Source of the DNA: Nitrosopumilus sp.
GTDB lineage: Archaea; Thermoproteota; Nitrososphaeria; Nitrososphaerales; Nitrosopumilaceae
Assembly: GCA_965214775.1 (NCBI GenBank)
Contig: OZ243974.1
Location: forward strand, 2,048,001 to 2,112,000
Direction of reading: 5' to 3'
Length of the DNA stretch: 64,000 nt
Shown: piece by piece, positions 1 through 10,214 of the stretch
Position numbering within the stretch: the stretch's first letter is position 1
Layout: every line of letters begins with the position of its first letter
Position numbers and translations under genes: made by a program
Notes under the pieces: generated by a model
The model's database searches: none
Seen by the model: only the letters and a program-made list of their open reading frames with translations
What the model was told of the DNA's origin: nothing

Positions 1-960
1 TCAGTCTGGCTTTTAATTTCTTCTTTCAACTTTAACTTTCTCTCAGCTATTTTATCGGAGATAGTAAACGGCTCAAAATGTCTCACTTTAATAAGGTATG
101 ATTTTTTCCTCCTAAACAACATCAACCTTCAACGGGGTCGGAATATATTTGAAGGTTTAACCTTGTAAAAACATCCAGGTTTGTGCGGCTGGAATCCACA
201 GCTATGACAAACACCATACATCGCATTCTTACTATACCCAACATTTCAATCTGGCGTGAGCGGCACTTGCGCGGGCCTCTCTTCATGCGGAGCCGGGAGT
301 TGCAACAAGGACAGAATGCCCCGTCCCACTAGTTTGTTGCATAACCCTGCCTAAAATTTGAAACTTTACTGAAAATCACCAGAATGATCAACTAATTCTG
401 ACCGAAAAAGTAATGGATCATGAAGGTGCCTCGTATGGTATATGTTGACACACACGGATAATGCAAAGTACGTAGAGAGAGGGGCAGGCCTAGTCGTCAA
501 GTACAACCCGGACTGGGAGAAGGATCTCAAGGCTGCCAACCGCCACAAGGAGGGCGCCCCGTTCCTGTACGCCGAAGGCATGATAATGGCCGCAGCCGCC
601 CTCAGGATCGCGTTCATGATAAAATACAGGCAGCTGTCAGGCATGTTCGAGGAGATGCTAAAGGGTGCGGACTCGCCGTGTTACACCACGATATTCAGAA
701 GGATGCAGAAGCTTGACGTCGACATTGCAGAGAACATAATTACGGTGCGCGACAAGTCCCGCAACCTGGTCATGATAGCTGACGCCACGGGCCTCAAGCA
801 GCACAACCGGGGCGAGTGGATATGCAAGAAATGGAAGGTAAGGCGCGGATTTGTCAAGATGCACCTGATGGTCGATGCAGACACCAAGCAGGTGCTGGCA
901 GTATCTGTCACAAGTGATGCAATCGGCGACAGCACGGAACTGCCTGCACTGCTTGAGGAT

Positions 961-1131
961 GCAGTCAAGAACATCAAGAAGGAAGAGGAGCAGAACCGCA
1001 CCGACAGCGCGGATGCAGTCAAGAACATCAAGAAGGAAGAGGAGCAGAACCGCACCGACAGCGCGGATGCAGTCAAGAACATCAAGAAGGAAGAGGAGCA
1101 GAACCGCACCGACAGCGCGGATGCAGTCAAG
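961..1131 (+). repeat. In-frame 54-bp tandem repeat (AVKNIKKEEEQNRTDSAD x3) within the transposase
   Basis: Read directly from the sequence; copy 2 has 4 units. Confidence 0.95.
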
Positions 1132-1525
1132 ATCCCCAACATGCTTGCAGACGGGACATCGCCGCTGGCTGTACTCGGCACCGGCGCGAATCCAGATATA
1201 CCGGGAAAGATCCTGCTTGCAGACGGCGCATACGGCTCAAGGAAAAACGTAGCCGAGTGTCACAAACGCGGCATAAAACCGCTCATACGGCTTTTGACAA
1301 GTTGCAATGCAAAGGGCAAGGGCACCGGCGACAAGTGGGGCATGCTTGTACGGTGGCAGCTTGGGGGCGGCCCCGAGGTGCCTGTGGGTGATCTCTCAAA
1401 GGAGGAAAGACAGGAGAACCTGCGGTACTGGGAGAGCACGGTCGGCTTTGTAAGGGTTTACCCCATCCCGAAGATACGACGTAAATAGGCATGATCGTGA
1501 GAGCCCTGATTGACAGCATCGCCTG

Positions 1526-2684
1526 AGAGGTGATCCGAAATTAGAAATCGAGTGCCCCGTCCGCAGCCGTTCTGCTGCCGCCACTCAGGCCGCAGCAGCG
1601 ATTCTGGCCAACGCCCTATCGTTGACCAGTCCGCACACGATACTGTTGGCAAGGTCGTACTTTTTGAGTGGGTTTCGGTACCGGTCGCCCATGATCCTGT
1701 ATGTTTTGACCCTGCGTATGGTGTTCTCCACGTACACGCGTATCTTTGAGTGCGTGATATTGTACTCTTTTTCCGCATCAGTGAGCTTGCCGCCCGGTTT
1801 TTTCTTGATTGGGAGTATGACGTCCGTGCCTGCATCCACTGACTGTGCTCCCTGGTATCCGCGGTCCATGTAGTGACGCAGCTTTGTGCTCTTTTGTTGT
1901 TGTTGCGGCGCATCACCATCCCCGCCGCCGCCGGGACACTTTTTCTCTTTCTCTTTCTCCTTTCTTTGGTCGTACCGGAACGTGGGATGCCTCATCTGGT
2001 ACATTGTGATGTCGTTTACGCGTCCCGGAGAGTGGGGCGTCTTGTGCACTATGAGTCCGTGAATGTTGGTGGTATACTGGACCTTGACTGTGTGCGTGCC
2101 TGCCTTGCCTGAATAGTGCGATCTCTCCATGTCCTTTCTCTTGGGCCTGCATATCTTTTGCTCTGAGGCATCTGTCAGGCAGACAAGTTCTGGAAGTACG
2201 TCCATTAGCTCCTCTACTGAGGATATTCTCTTGGTGCCCGAATAGATCTTTTCGGGGATCGACAGGCACTGCTTGAGAACCGGCGCAATCCTGTCAATTG
2301 TGCGCGAGACTGATGCCTGTCCAATGCCGAACATGGCAGATGCCACGTCCTGCGTGACGTACGTCCTGTAGTAGAACAGGGACAGCAGAAGACTCTCCTT
2401 TAGGTTCAGGGCAGTCGGGCGTCCTGCACCGATGTCACGCTTGCGGTCTTTTTTGGCAGAAAGCAGCCTCTTTCTGTCCATCTTTGGGTGTTTTTTTGCC
2501 ACCTTTGCATACAACAAATCAAATTCGGGGGCAGTCATGCCGGCAAACATCCTGAATGTCCGGGGGTTTTTTGATAATTTATCAAACAACTTCATGAATT
2601 ATGTACCTTTTGCCTGCATTTGGATCGGGTTGGTGTACAATATGTGCCCATTTGATCAAAATTTGCTAATTTCGAATCAACTCT
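1526..2684 (-). mobile_element. IS5-family ISL2/Harbinger-like element (type 1)
   Basis: TIRs AGAGGTGATCCGAAATTAG and CTAATTTCGAATCAACTCT; 3-bp duplication CTG. Confidence 0.88.
1585..2595 (-). CDS. ISL2-like transposase (HTH_Tnp_4 plus DDE_Tnp_4 type)
   Basis: Motifs LTDASEQKICRP, HYSGKAGTHTVK, DRGYQG and YN..HSKIRVYVENTI. Confidence 0.9.
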   Translation of the reverse strand: MKLFDKLSKNPRTFRMFAGMTAPEFDLLYAKVAKKHPKMDRKRLLSAKKDRKRDIGAGRPTALNLKESLLLSLFYYRTYVTQDVASAMFGIGQASVSRTIDRIAPVLKQCLSIPEKIYSGTKRISSVEELMDVLPELVCLTDASEQKICRPKRKDMERSHYSGKAGTHTVKVQYTTNIHGLIVHKTPHSPGRVNDITMYQMRHPTFRYDQRKEKEKEKKCPGGGGDGDAPQQQQKSTKLRHYMDRGYQGAQSVDAGTDVILPIKKKPGGKLTDAEKEYNITHSKIRVYVENTIRRVKTYRIMGDRYRNPLKKYDLANSIVCGLVNDRALARIAAAA

Positions 2685-2979
2685 CTGAGGGGTAAACTCA
2701 TACGTCGGCTTTGGCAGCAGATGGATCGTCGAGATCGTGATATCGGCCATAAAGCGTATGTTCGGCGAATGCGTAATGGCCCTCAAGTGGTCCAATATAG
2801 TGCAGGAGGTAAAGCTGAGGATATGGCTGTATAACAAGTGGATAGCAGAGGCGGTGGCTGCCGTGTAGGAACTTGGAGCCGGTTGTGATCCGGGTGGACT
2901 GACTTGGCTCTAGTCGGAGTTATGCAACAGGCTAGCGACTTGACAACCTTTTTAAATAAAATAACTTTACAACAAACAA

Positions 2980-3927
2980 ATGTCGCTACTTCTCAAGGAT
3001 CGAGTATGGTCTATGGAAGCACCAACGGCAAAACGTGGCGTCTACCCATTGCACGGGTTCAAGCTGGGGCTTTACAGGCTGCCAGTCAAGTTTGAGGATC
3101 CCAATGAGATCAAGTCCGTTCATGACGGCCTGAAAAAGGCCTTTGAGATGGACATGTATGCAGACAGGATCTTTGCAACATACAGGTGGACTGAGCAAAA
3201 CATGGATGATCCTGACGCAAAGGGATATCAAAAAGTCGAGCTGTCTGTAACAGTCGAAATTGTTACAGGAGAAGTCGTGGATATCATCTATCAAATATTT
3301 CCGATTGAAAAATTTGGCGATCCAAACTGGGTCAAAGACTACAGAAAAAAGGCAGACCATTTTGCAAAAATGATCATTGACACTATCTTACGAAACACTA
3401 TTCTGGCTGACAAGATGGTTTCTTATCTTGTAAAATCAGAAAAAATTTCCGAGGTTGCGGCAATTCAAAAATTAGAGGAATTGACTCCTCTTGCAAAGAT
3501 TGTACTTGGCGCCAAAGTCAAGCCGGTCGAGGCTGCCGAAGACGAGGACGAAGAGGACGAAGGCGAGATTGAAGTCCCGGATGGCGCAAAACCGGGCCCA
3601 ATCGACGTTGAATACAAATCAAAGATGAAGCCTTCTGCATCATATGACGCTCCTGAGCACACCATAAAAACATGGGGCAGAAAAGGAACCGGTAACGGCA
3701 TCATGGGCGTCTGGGGGGAATTTGTTTCCGTTGACTACGATATCTGTGTGGCTGACGGCGGCTGTATTGAGGCATGTCCTGTTGCTGTCTATGAATGGTT
3801 TGACACTCCGGGAAATCCTGCCTCGGAGAAAAAACCCCTGATGTCAAAGGAACCGGACTGTATCTTTTGTCTGGCTTGTGAAGGCGTATGCCCTCCTCAG
3901 GCAATCAAGATCTTTGAGCAAAAATAA
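2980..3927 (+). CDS. Ferredoxin-domain protein with a C-terminal dicluster Fe-S domain similar to archaeal zinc ferredoxin
   Basis: CVADGGCIEACPV and CIFCLACEGVCP motifs; acidic linker. Confidence 0.85.
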   Translation: MSLLLKDRVWSMEAPTAKRGVYPLHGFKLGLYRLPVKFEDPNEIKSVHDGLKKAFEMDMYADRIFATYRWTEQNMDDPDAKGYQKVELSVTVEIVTGEVVDIIYQIFPIEKFGDPNWVKDYRKKADHFAKMIIDTILRNTILADKMVSYLVKSEKISEVAAIQKLEELTPLAKIVLGAKVKPVEAAEDEDEEDEGEIEVPDGAKPGPIDVEYKSKMKPSASYDAPEHTIKTWGRKGTGNGIMGVWGEFVSVDYDICVADGGCIEACPVAVYEWFDTPGNPASEKKPLMSKEPDCIFCLACEGVCPPQAIKIFEQK

Positions 3928-3978
3928 AAGTTTCTCGCAAGTATAAATAGCGAATATCAGTTCTTCAAAACTAGGGAT

Positions 3979-6042
3979 ATGGCAGCCAACCCTTTCATAC
4001 ACTTTGTATTTGATCTGTTTATTATATCTGCAATTATAATTACAGCTTATACCTGCAATTTCTACTATCTTGCATATCTTTCAAGAAAAAGAAAAGACAT
4101 CCAGTCCACCACCGATTTGGGAACTCCGTCTGTAACCATCCAACTGCCAATTTACAATGAAAAATATGTTGCAAAGCGACTGGTCGATGCCGTTTGTGAT
4201 CTGGATTACCCAAAAGACAAAATGCGCATTATGTTGTTGGATGATTCTGATGACGACACTGTGGAATTACTGGGAGATGCAGTTGACGATTACAAGAAAA
4301 AGGGATTTCAAATCGAACACATACGTAGAGGAACAAGAAAAGGGTACAAGGCAGGCGCCCTGAAACATGCGATGAGGACCACCGATACGGAACTTGTAGC
4401 AATCTTTGACGCTGATTTCATTCCTCCAAAGTGGTTTCTAAAAAGAGCCATTCCGAGTTTCTCCAAACCCAGTATCGGTCTTGTCCAATGCAGATGGGGT
4501 CATGTCAATGAAAACTATTCTGCAATTACCCAGGCCCAGGCCCTTAGCTTGGACTTTCATTTTCTAATTGAACAAAAGGCAAAGAGCAACTCTCATTTGT
4601 TTATGAATTTTAACGGCACGGCCGGAATTTGGAGGCGTGACTGTATCGAGGATGCCGGTGGATGGCACATTGCAACTCTGGTTGAGGATCTTGATCTTAG
4701 TTACCGTGCACAAATGAAGGGCTGGAAATGTGTCTTCCTGCCTGATATTGTTGTTGATGCAGAACTGCCTGTGCAAATGAATGCGGCAAAAAGACAACAG
4801 TTCCGCTGGGCAAAGGGTTCCATCCAGTGCGCGTTAAAACTACTGTCTGATATTGTTGTAAAGCGCAAGGTTGCAATCGAGGCAAAGATTCAGGCCTTTA
4901 TTCAACTGACTCGTCACGTTGTTTATCCTTTGATGCTGATACAATTTCTGGCATTGCCGATTTTGTTGGCAGGCCAGGTCAACCTGTATCTAGTCAGCTT
5001 TCTTCCGGCATTGACCATTGCGGCATATCTTGCCATAGGTCCTGGCGCATACATCATGATCATTCAAAGCATGTATGACAAGTCGTGGAAATCCAAGGCA
5101 AAGATTCTTCCTACCTTGCTTGTTTACAACGCCGGAATGTCTGTAAACAATACCGTTGCAGTATTTGATGCAGTATTTGGAAAGAGAAACGAATTTCTGC
5201 GGACTCCAAAATATGGCGTCTTGAAGAAAAGGGACGACTGGAAAGACAATGCATACAATTTGCCGTTTTCACAGGTAACCCTGCTGGAACTGTTCTTTGG
5301 CATCTATGGAATTCTGGGAATCTTTGTTGCGATATTCTCCAACAATCCCGTATTTGTACCAATTATCGCCCTTCAGGCAATTGGATTCTTTTACATTGCC
5401 TATCTCAGCCTCTCTCATACAAGGTTTAAAAGAAATAAATCAAGCGCCCCCCGTCTGATTACCAAGAAAGAGAAAATGGCAAACACCGTCTACAAGCTAT
5501 CTGTGGTAGGAATATTTGCAATTATCGTATTTGGCGTAGGCATGGCTTTACACGGGTATGATGTGGACATCTACCCTCTGGATAGAATCCGAGGCAATCT
5601 GGATGGAATTATAGGCTCATCTGATCCTGCAATCATTGCTGCCCATCTGGCATATGTCCAGACTGACATGGACGCCATTCTTGAAAAGCTTCCAGAGACA
5701 ACCAATGCCAGAGGAGAGCCATCCAAAAACCCCGTTTGGATATTCCCAATTGAAACTACGAACTTTATACGAATTCAACAAGACGTGAATACTATGGCAG
5801 CAAGTGTTGAGCAGATTTCTACGGTTCCTAAAGACAGCTCTGCATATCATACCGGAATGATGGATATTAGCGATAGGGCCCTTTTGATCAAAACTAACAT
5901 AATGGATGCAACTCCGTACATGTATGTCAGTGTTGGAAATATTCTGTTTAGTGTGGTTTGGATTGCTGCAATCATTGGCATATTTGCAGCTTTGAAGAGA
6001 AAAAGAGAGCAACTCAAAGAAACAGACGAGTCTGGCGTTTAA
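3979..6042 (+). CDS. Membrane GT2 glycosyltransferase (cellulose-synthase-like)
   Basis: QLPIYNE, KAGAL, DADF, VEDLD and QQFRW (QxxRW) motifs; multiple transmembrane segments. Confidence 0.9.
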   Translation: MAANPFIHFVFDLFIISAIIITAYTCNFYYLAYLSRKRKDIQSTTDLGTPSVTIQLPIYNEKYVAKRLVDAVCDLDYPKDKMRIMLLDDSDDDTVELLGDAVDDYKKKGFQIEHIRRGTRKGYKAGALKHAMRTTDTELVAIFDADFIPPKWFLKRAIPSFSKPSIGLVQCRWGHVNENYSAITQAQALSLDFHFLIEQKAKSNSHLFMNFNGTAGIWRRDCIEDAGGWHIATLVEDLDLSYRAQMKGWKCVFLPDIVVDAELPVQMNAAKRQQFRWAKGSIQCALKLLSDIVVKRKVAIEAKIQAFIQLTRHVVYPLMLIQFLALPILLAGQVNLYLVSFLPALTIAAYLAIGPGAYIMIIQSMYDKSWKSKAKILPTLLVYNAGMSVNNTVAVFDAVFGKRNEFLRTPKYGVLKKRDDWKDNAYNLPFSQVTLLELFFGIYGILGIFVAIFSNNPVFVPIIALQAIGFFYIAYLSLSHTRFKRNKSSAPRLITKKEKMANTVYKLSVVGIFAIIVFGVGMALHGYDVDIYPLDRIRGNLDGIIGSSDPAIIAAHLAYVQTDMDAILEKLPETTNARGEPSKNPVWIFPIETTNFIRIQQDVNTMAASVEQISTVPKDSSAYHTGMMDISDRALLIKTNIMDATPYMYVSVGNILFSVVWIAAIIGIFAALKRKREQLKETDESGV

Positions 6043-7634
6043 GAGATGTTCAAATCCTCTCTAATCTCATCCACAGCCCTGATGCCGTAAATGTCTCTTA
6101 TTTGTTGAATTCTTACAGATTCTCTTAGCATGTCCCTTCCAATCGTATTTGATAAAATCGAATAAACGTCGCTAAACCTGATCTCCCACCTGTCTGCACA
6201 ATCAAAAATCTTGCCCACTGCCCATTGTCTGACTTCGTGTGGCAGTGGAATCTTCTCGCCGGCATCTTGCGAAACTTTGTCAAACAGTTTGACGATTTCC
6301 AAGGTCTGCCTTCCCATTTTTTCCAAATCCTTGACTTCCCCGTATTTTGATTCGGCATTCATTCTGATGACTGACTGGTATTCTGACAGTTTCAACAGTG
6401 CCATCATCTCTTTTGAAGAATTACTTGAAGCCTTGCCAGTCGCATTTTTGACAGACTGAATTTCTTCAAACAATCTGTCTGACTTTCTACTGGATTCTGC
6501 GGCTGATTCGCCTTGTTTTTTGAGGGTCTCAGAGACCGTGGATATTTTTTGTTCGATGCTGTTTGTCTTGTCAAAAACATTTTTCTTGAAATCGCCGAAA
6601 TCTGCCTGGACTGATTTTAGACCTTCGCCAACAAAAGCTGTGGAATCTGCCCTGTGTGATAGGGAACTGATCTCAGTCTCGATTTTGTCGATCTTTCCTG
6701 CCAGTTCTCTCATTGATTGGAGGCCAGAGACGTCTACGGAATTGGCTTTATCTGAAATTGTTTCAAATTGCTGTCTTAGACCGTCTATGACTCCACCAAG
6801 AGAATCTATCTTTGCTGCTTTGGAAGAAATTGCATCGATGGTAGCCTTGATTGCCTCTAATTCTGAACTCAAATTAGATGATGAGGAAACACCTTCGGTA
6901 ATTTTGCCAAACTCTTGTCTGAGACTTTCCACAATTTGGGCCCCTGATTCCAACTGGGACGTTTTTCCAGAAACTTCCTCTATTGATTTTCTTAGATTTT
7001 CAATGTCTTCCCCAAGTCCGACAAACGAATCCGTTTTTCCGGAAACCTTTCTAAGATCGTCTCTTACTTCGTCAATTCTTTGTGCAATTTTGATAATCAT
7101 TTGGGAATTGTTTTTGATGGCGTTCATGCTGTCTTCTACCTGCTGAGCTAGTTCTTGTGATTTTGATGATTTTTGTAATTCTGAAACCCTGTTAATCTCG
7201 TCTTGCAATTTGGCAGTCTGATCATTGATTTTCGTTACCAGATTTGACTGCGTTCTGACTTGGTTTAGACCTGCATACAATTTTTGCGTGTCTTCTTCAA
7301 TAATGTTGATCTGTTTGGACTGTTTTTGAATGTGTTCTAGTGTGGATGTCAGGGTGTCAATCATTCCTTTCATTGAAACTAGAACCTTCTGGTTTTCGCC
7401 AAATATTTTTGACATTACTTTGATCTCTTTTTGGAGAATCTTGTTTGAATCTGAAACCGCTGCAACCTTCTTTAGCACTGCAAAGGGAGTCGGTTCTCTC
7501 TTGGATGCCGTCTTGGATGCCGTCTTGGATGCCGTCTTGGATGCCGTCTTGGATGCCGTCTTGGATGCCGTCTTGGATGCCGTCTTGGATGCCGTCTTGG
7601 ATGTGGCCTTTGTAGCTTTTTTCCTTGCAGCCAT
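6039..7634 (-). CDS. Long coiled-coil protein with a basic repetitive N-terminal tail
   Basis: 531-aa ORF rich in heptad patterns; KTAS repeats at the N-terminus. Confidence 0.8.
   Translation of the reverse strand: MAARKKATKATSKTASKTASKTASKTASKTASKTASKTASKTASKREPTPFAVLKKVAAVSDSNKILQKEIKVMSKIFGENQKVLVSMKGMIDTLTSTLEHIQKQSKQINIIEEDTQKLYAGLNQVRTQSNLVTKINDQTAKLQDEINRVSELQKSSKSQELAQQVEDSMNAIKNNSQMIIKIAQRIDEVRDDLRKVSGKTDSFVGLGEDIENLRKSIEEVSGKTSQLESGAQIVESLRQEFGKITEGVSSSSNLSSELEAIKATIDAISSKAAKIDSLGGVIDGLRQQFETISDKANSVDVSGLQSMRELAGKIDKIETEISSLSHRADSTAFVGEGLKSVQADFGDFKKNVFDKTNSIEQKISTVSETLKKQGESAAESSRKSDRLFEEIQSVKNATGKASSNSSKEMMALLKLSEYQSVIRMNAESKYGEVKDLEKMGRQTLEIVKLFDKVSQDAGEKIPLPHEVRQWAVGKIFDCADRWEIRFSDVYSILSNTIGRDMLRESVRIQQIRDIYGIRAVDEIREDLNIS
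7501..7603. repeat. 12-bp tandem repeat TTGGATGCCGTC, about 8.5 units (encodes SKTA)
   Basis: Read directly from the sequence. Confidence 0.97.
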
Positions 7635-7693
7635 GAAATAAATTGAAAATTTGATGATAAAAAAGTTAGGTCTAAAATAAAAAATGTAAAGAG

Positions 7694-7801
7694 CTACTTG
7701 TTTACGACTTTTGGTTCGTGCAGCAGTTCATGGAAGGTCTTTTCGGCCAATCCGTTTGGGGTTTCTATGAAGCCCTTTGGACAGTATTCGCATTGAATCA
7801 T
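7694..7801 (-). CDS. 35-aa C2H2-type zinc-finger microprotein (not in the ORF track)
   Basis: Translates to MIQCEYCPKGFIETPNGLAEKTFHELLHEPKVVNK, with a CxxC...HxxxH pattern. Confidence 0.7.
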   Translation of the reverse strand: MIQCEYCPKGFIETPNGLAEKTFHELLHEPKVVNK

Positions 7802-8057
7802 ATAGTACGGTACGGTACGGTACCATTAATAACCAGGTAATTGCAGTGTAACCAATTTTGCAGTCAGATACCCCAGGTCATGTCTCCACATAGAATTCAG
7901 CTGACCTAATCATCACCCTGCAATGATGTGGTTGTGAAAAATACGCATATAGACTGTTCCTCTTTTTTGAGCCTGAAAAATTTCGAAAAACTTCTAAAAA
8001 ATATTTTTGAGATTCCAAATCAGAAATCGTTTTTAAACAAATTTGATAAAACATAGC

Positions 8058-9389
8058 ATGCAAAACAGGCTGCTGCAAATTGACTCAAGCGGAATTCAGA
8101 GTTCGCTGAATAATACGGTCAGCAGTCTCATTGAACAAATTACCCCTGAATTGCCCCATACCAGTTTTGTTACAGATCTAGCTTTCATTATGATAATTGG
8201 CGCCGTTGTTACTTTGGCATTCTTTAAAATCAAGCAGCCCCTGATCATCGGGTATCTTTTTGCCGGAATGCTGATTGGTCCCCTGTCTCCCTTTTGGTCA
8301 TGGGTCTTGCCAGAGGGCGGTCCTCCCAGCGATGTTCTGGAAGGCGTAGGAATACTGTCCGATATTTCTGCATTGAATCTTTTTGCCGAGATTGGCGTCA
8401 TCTTGCTCCTCTTTGTAATCGGCATAGAATTTCCCTATGCTAAAATTCGGAGCATTGGAAGAGTCGCAGTCGGTGTAGGCACTATTGGCCTGTTCTCCAC
8501 ACTGGGAGCTGTCTTTTACACTGCAACTGCACTTGGAATGCAGTTTATGGATGCGTTGTTTATTGCAGCAGCACTTTCTATCTCTAGTACTGCAATAATA
8601 GTAAAGATTCTTGAGGAGATGGGAAGAATAAAGAAGGAATCCTCGATTCTTGTTCTGGGCATTCTTATTGTAGAAGACGTCATTGCAGTCATCCTGATTT
8701 CGTCTCTGCAATCTGTTGCGCTAGTTGGAACCGTGTCTGTGGAATCCGTCCTCATTGTAGTGCTAGTTGCAACAGGGTTGATCGTTGGAACATTTACGGT
8801 TGGAAAAAGGGTAATTCCTCCCTTGATAGACAAGGTTGCAGCCGCAGAACATCGTGAAATTTTATTACTCAGCGTATTGGGCGTCTGCTTTGGTTATGCG
8901 TTGTTTGCCAACATTGTCGGACTGTCTGTCGCAATCGGCGCCTTCCTGGCAGGTGTGTTGGTTGCCGAATCAAAGTCAGCTGAAGTTGCAAAGTTACTTT
9001 CAAGCCCAATCAAGGACATGTTTGTGGCGATCTTCTTTATCTCTGTAGGGGCACTGATGGATGTCTCGCAGTTGGAGAATTACATCTTTGTTGCCATTGC
9101 GCTAATTGCAGTTGCGACAGGAATGAAATTTGGCGGAAATATGATTGGCAATGTTCTGTTTAGACAAAAACGCGGAAAATCAATGCGTTCTGCGTTCACT
9201 TTGGCTTCCCCCCGCGGTGAATTCTCTATTGTTATTGTAAAGGCAGGAGTTGACATTGGTGCAGTGAGCGCCTTCTTGTTCCCGCTGGTTGGCATCATTT
9301 CAATTATCACCGCATTTCTGTCTCCCTTTTTGGTAAAGGCAGGAGATAAAATAATCCCGGCATTTGAGGAAAAAGAAGATGTCCGATGA
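8058..9389 (+). CDS. Cation/H+ antiporter (CPA2/Kef-like)
   Basis: Many transmembrane segments; LSISSTAIIVK, LIVEDV, FFISVG and PRGEFS motifs. Start codon uncertain. Confidence 0.9.
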   Translation: MQNRLLQIDSSGIQSSLNNTVSSLIEQITPELPHTSFVTDLAFIMIIGAVVTLAFFKIKQPLIIGYLFAGMLIGPLSPFWSWVLPEGGPPSDVLEGVGILSDISALNLFAEIGVILLLFVIGIEFPYAKIRSIGRVAVGVGTIGLFSTLGAVFYTATALGMQFMDALFIAAALSISSTAIIVKILEEMGRIKKESSILVLGILIVEDVIAVILISSLQSVALVGTVSVESVLIVVLVATGLIVGTFTVGKRVIPPLIDKVAAAEHREILLLSVLGVCFGYALFANIVGLSVAIGAFLAGVLVAESKSAEVAKLLSSPIKDMFVAIFFISVGALMDVSQLENYIFVAIALIAVATGMKFGGNMIGNVLFRQKRGKSMRSAFTLASPRGEFSIVIVKAGVDIGAVSAFLFPLVGIISIITAFLSPFLVKAGDKIIPAFEEKEDVR

Positions 9390-9810
9390 GCTGGACAGAT
9401 TCCTTGGACAGGTTCATGACGGGATAACAACTTTTGATTTTGATGGAAAAGAGACTCCGTGTATTGTAATTGAGGATAAAAAATATGATGAAATGCTTGC
9501 AAAAGTTGCGGGACAAACCTTCTCTGTTAGTACAGATCTGAACATTCTTCAAGACGGCCTGGGAAATGTCTTTGTGGAAATCGTCTTGACATTTTCAAAG
9601 GGAAACATTGTTGAAAAATTCCTTGTCAATGCAAAAACAGACTTGAAATTTTTTGAATGCCTAGCTCAGACAACCATGCTGGCACTGTCCTCTCCAAAGT
9701 CAAATTATGGAAAAGACAATGTGTTTATGGTTCAGCTGCCAAGGCCTGAAAAAGCCCAAGACGCCCTTGAGATAATCCGAACTGGACTGATTCCCAAGAA
9801 TCAAAAATAG
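9379..9810 (+). CDS. Hypothetical protein
   Basis: ORF overlaps the end of the antiporter; protein-like composition. Confidence 0.7.
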   Translation: MSDELDRFLGQVHDGITTFDFDGKETPCIVIEDKKYDEMLAKVAGQTFSVSTDLNILQDGLGNVFVEIVLTFSKGNIVEKFLVNAKTDLKFFECLAQTTMLALSSPKSNYGKDNVFMVQLPRPEKAQDALEIIRTGLIPKNQK

Positions 9811-9887
9811 TGGTGCAGTTACCGGGATTTGAACCCGGGTCACGAACTTGGCAAGCTCGAATATTAACCAAACTATACTATAACTGC
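9811..9887 (-). tRNA. tRNA-Gly(GCC), intron-less, CCA encoded
   Basis: Acceptor stem GCAGTTA/TAACTGC, anticodon arm CGAGC-TTGCCAA-GTTCG, T-loop GGTTCAAATCC. Confidence 0.97.
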
Positions 9888-9950
9888 AACAATCCTAGAG
9901 GATGAATTTGGATATTAAACTGTTTTTAACTATTTGACACAATACAAAAC

Positions 9951-10214
9951 ATGGATGAAAAACTCTTCAAGAAGATAGAGCAAAAGATTCAGGACATGGC
10001 CTCAGACAAGGTACATTTGCAAAACCTCTCCGGTCTGATTTCGTCAACTGATGACTCCCGCTCGTTTGTGTTTGGAATTGTTGTTGGGCGCCTGTACAAT
10101 TCATTTTTCTATCAGTCAAAGAGAATTCTTAATCGAGAACCTAACGAACAAGAAATTCAGGAATTCTTAAGGTTTGTAGAATCTAAAAAATCAGCGTTGG
10201 AAAGTCTAAGGTGA
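9951..10214 (+). CDS. Hypothetical protein (87 aa)
   Basis: ORF with a TATA-like TTTTTAA about 25 bp upstream. Confidence 0.7.
   Translation: MDEKLFKKIEQKIQDMASDKVHLQNLSGLISSTDDSRSFVFGIVVGRLYNSFFYQSKRILNREPNEQEIQEFLRFVESKKSALESLR

Larger units (their letters stand above)
1450..2703. mobile_element. IS66-type MITE (about 92 bp net) carrying a nested ISL2-like element
   Basis: Ends GTAAGGGTTTACCCC and GGGGTAAACTCATAC. 9-bp duplication GTCGGCTTT at 1441-1449 and 2704-2712. Similar to the MITEs at 15279 and 31458. Confidence 0.85.
442..2868 (+). pseudogene. IS903-like DDE transposase, split at 1449/2704
   Basis: Motifs IADATGLK..GEW..KMHLMVD and ADGAY. The C-terminus GSRWIVEIVISAIKRMFG resumes after 2704, matching copy 2. 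Confidence 0.9.
331..2933 (+). mobile_element. IS5-family (IS903-like) element, copy 1, interrupted by nested insertions
   Basis: TIRs AGTTTGTTGCATAAC (331) and GTTATGCAACAGGCT (ends 2933). Near-identical to the intact copy at 24671-26082. No target duplication visible. Confidence 0.9.

Noticed and set aside
1-330. Possible gene fragment at the start of the window
   Set aside because: No recognisable ORF or motif can be supported.
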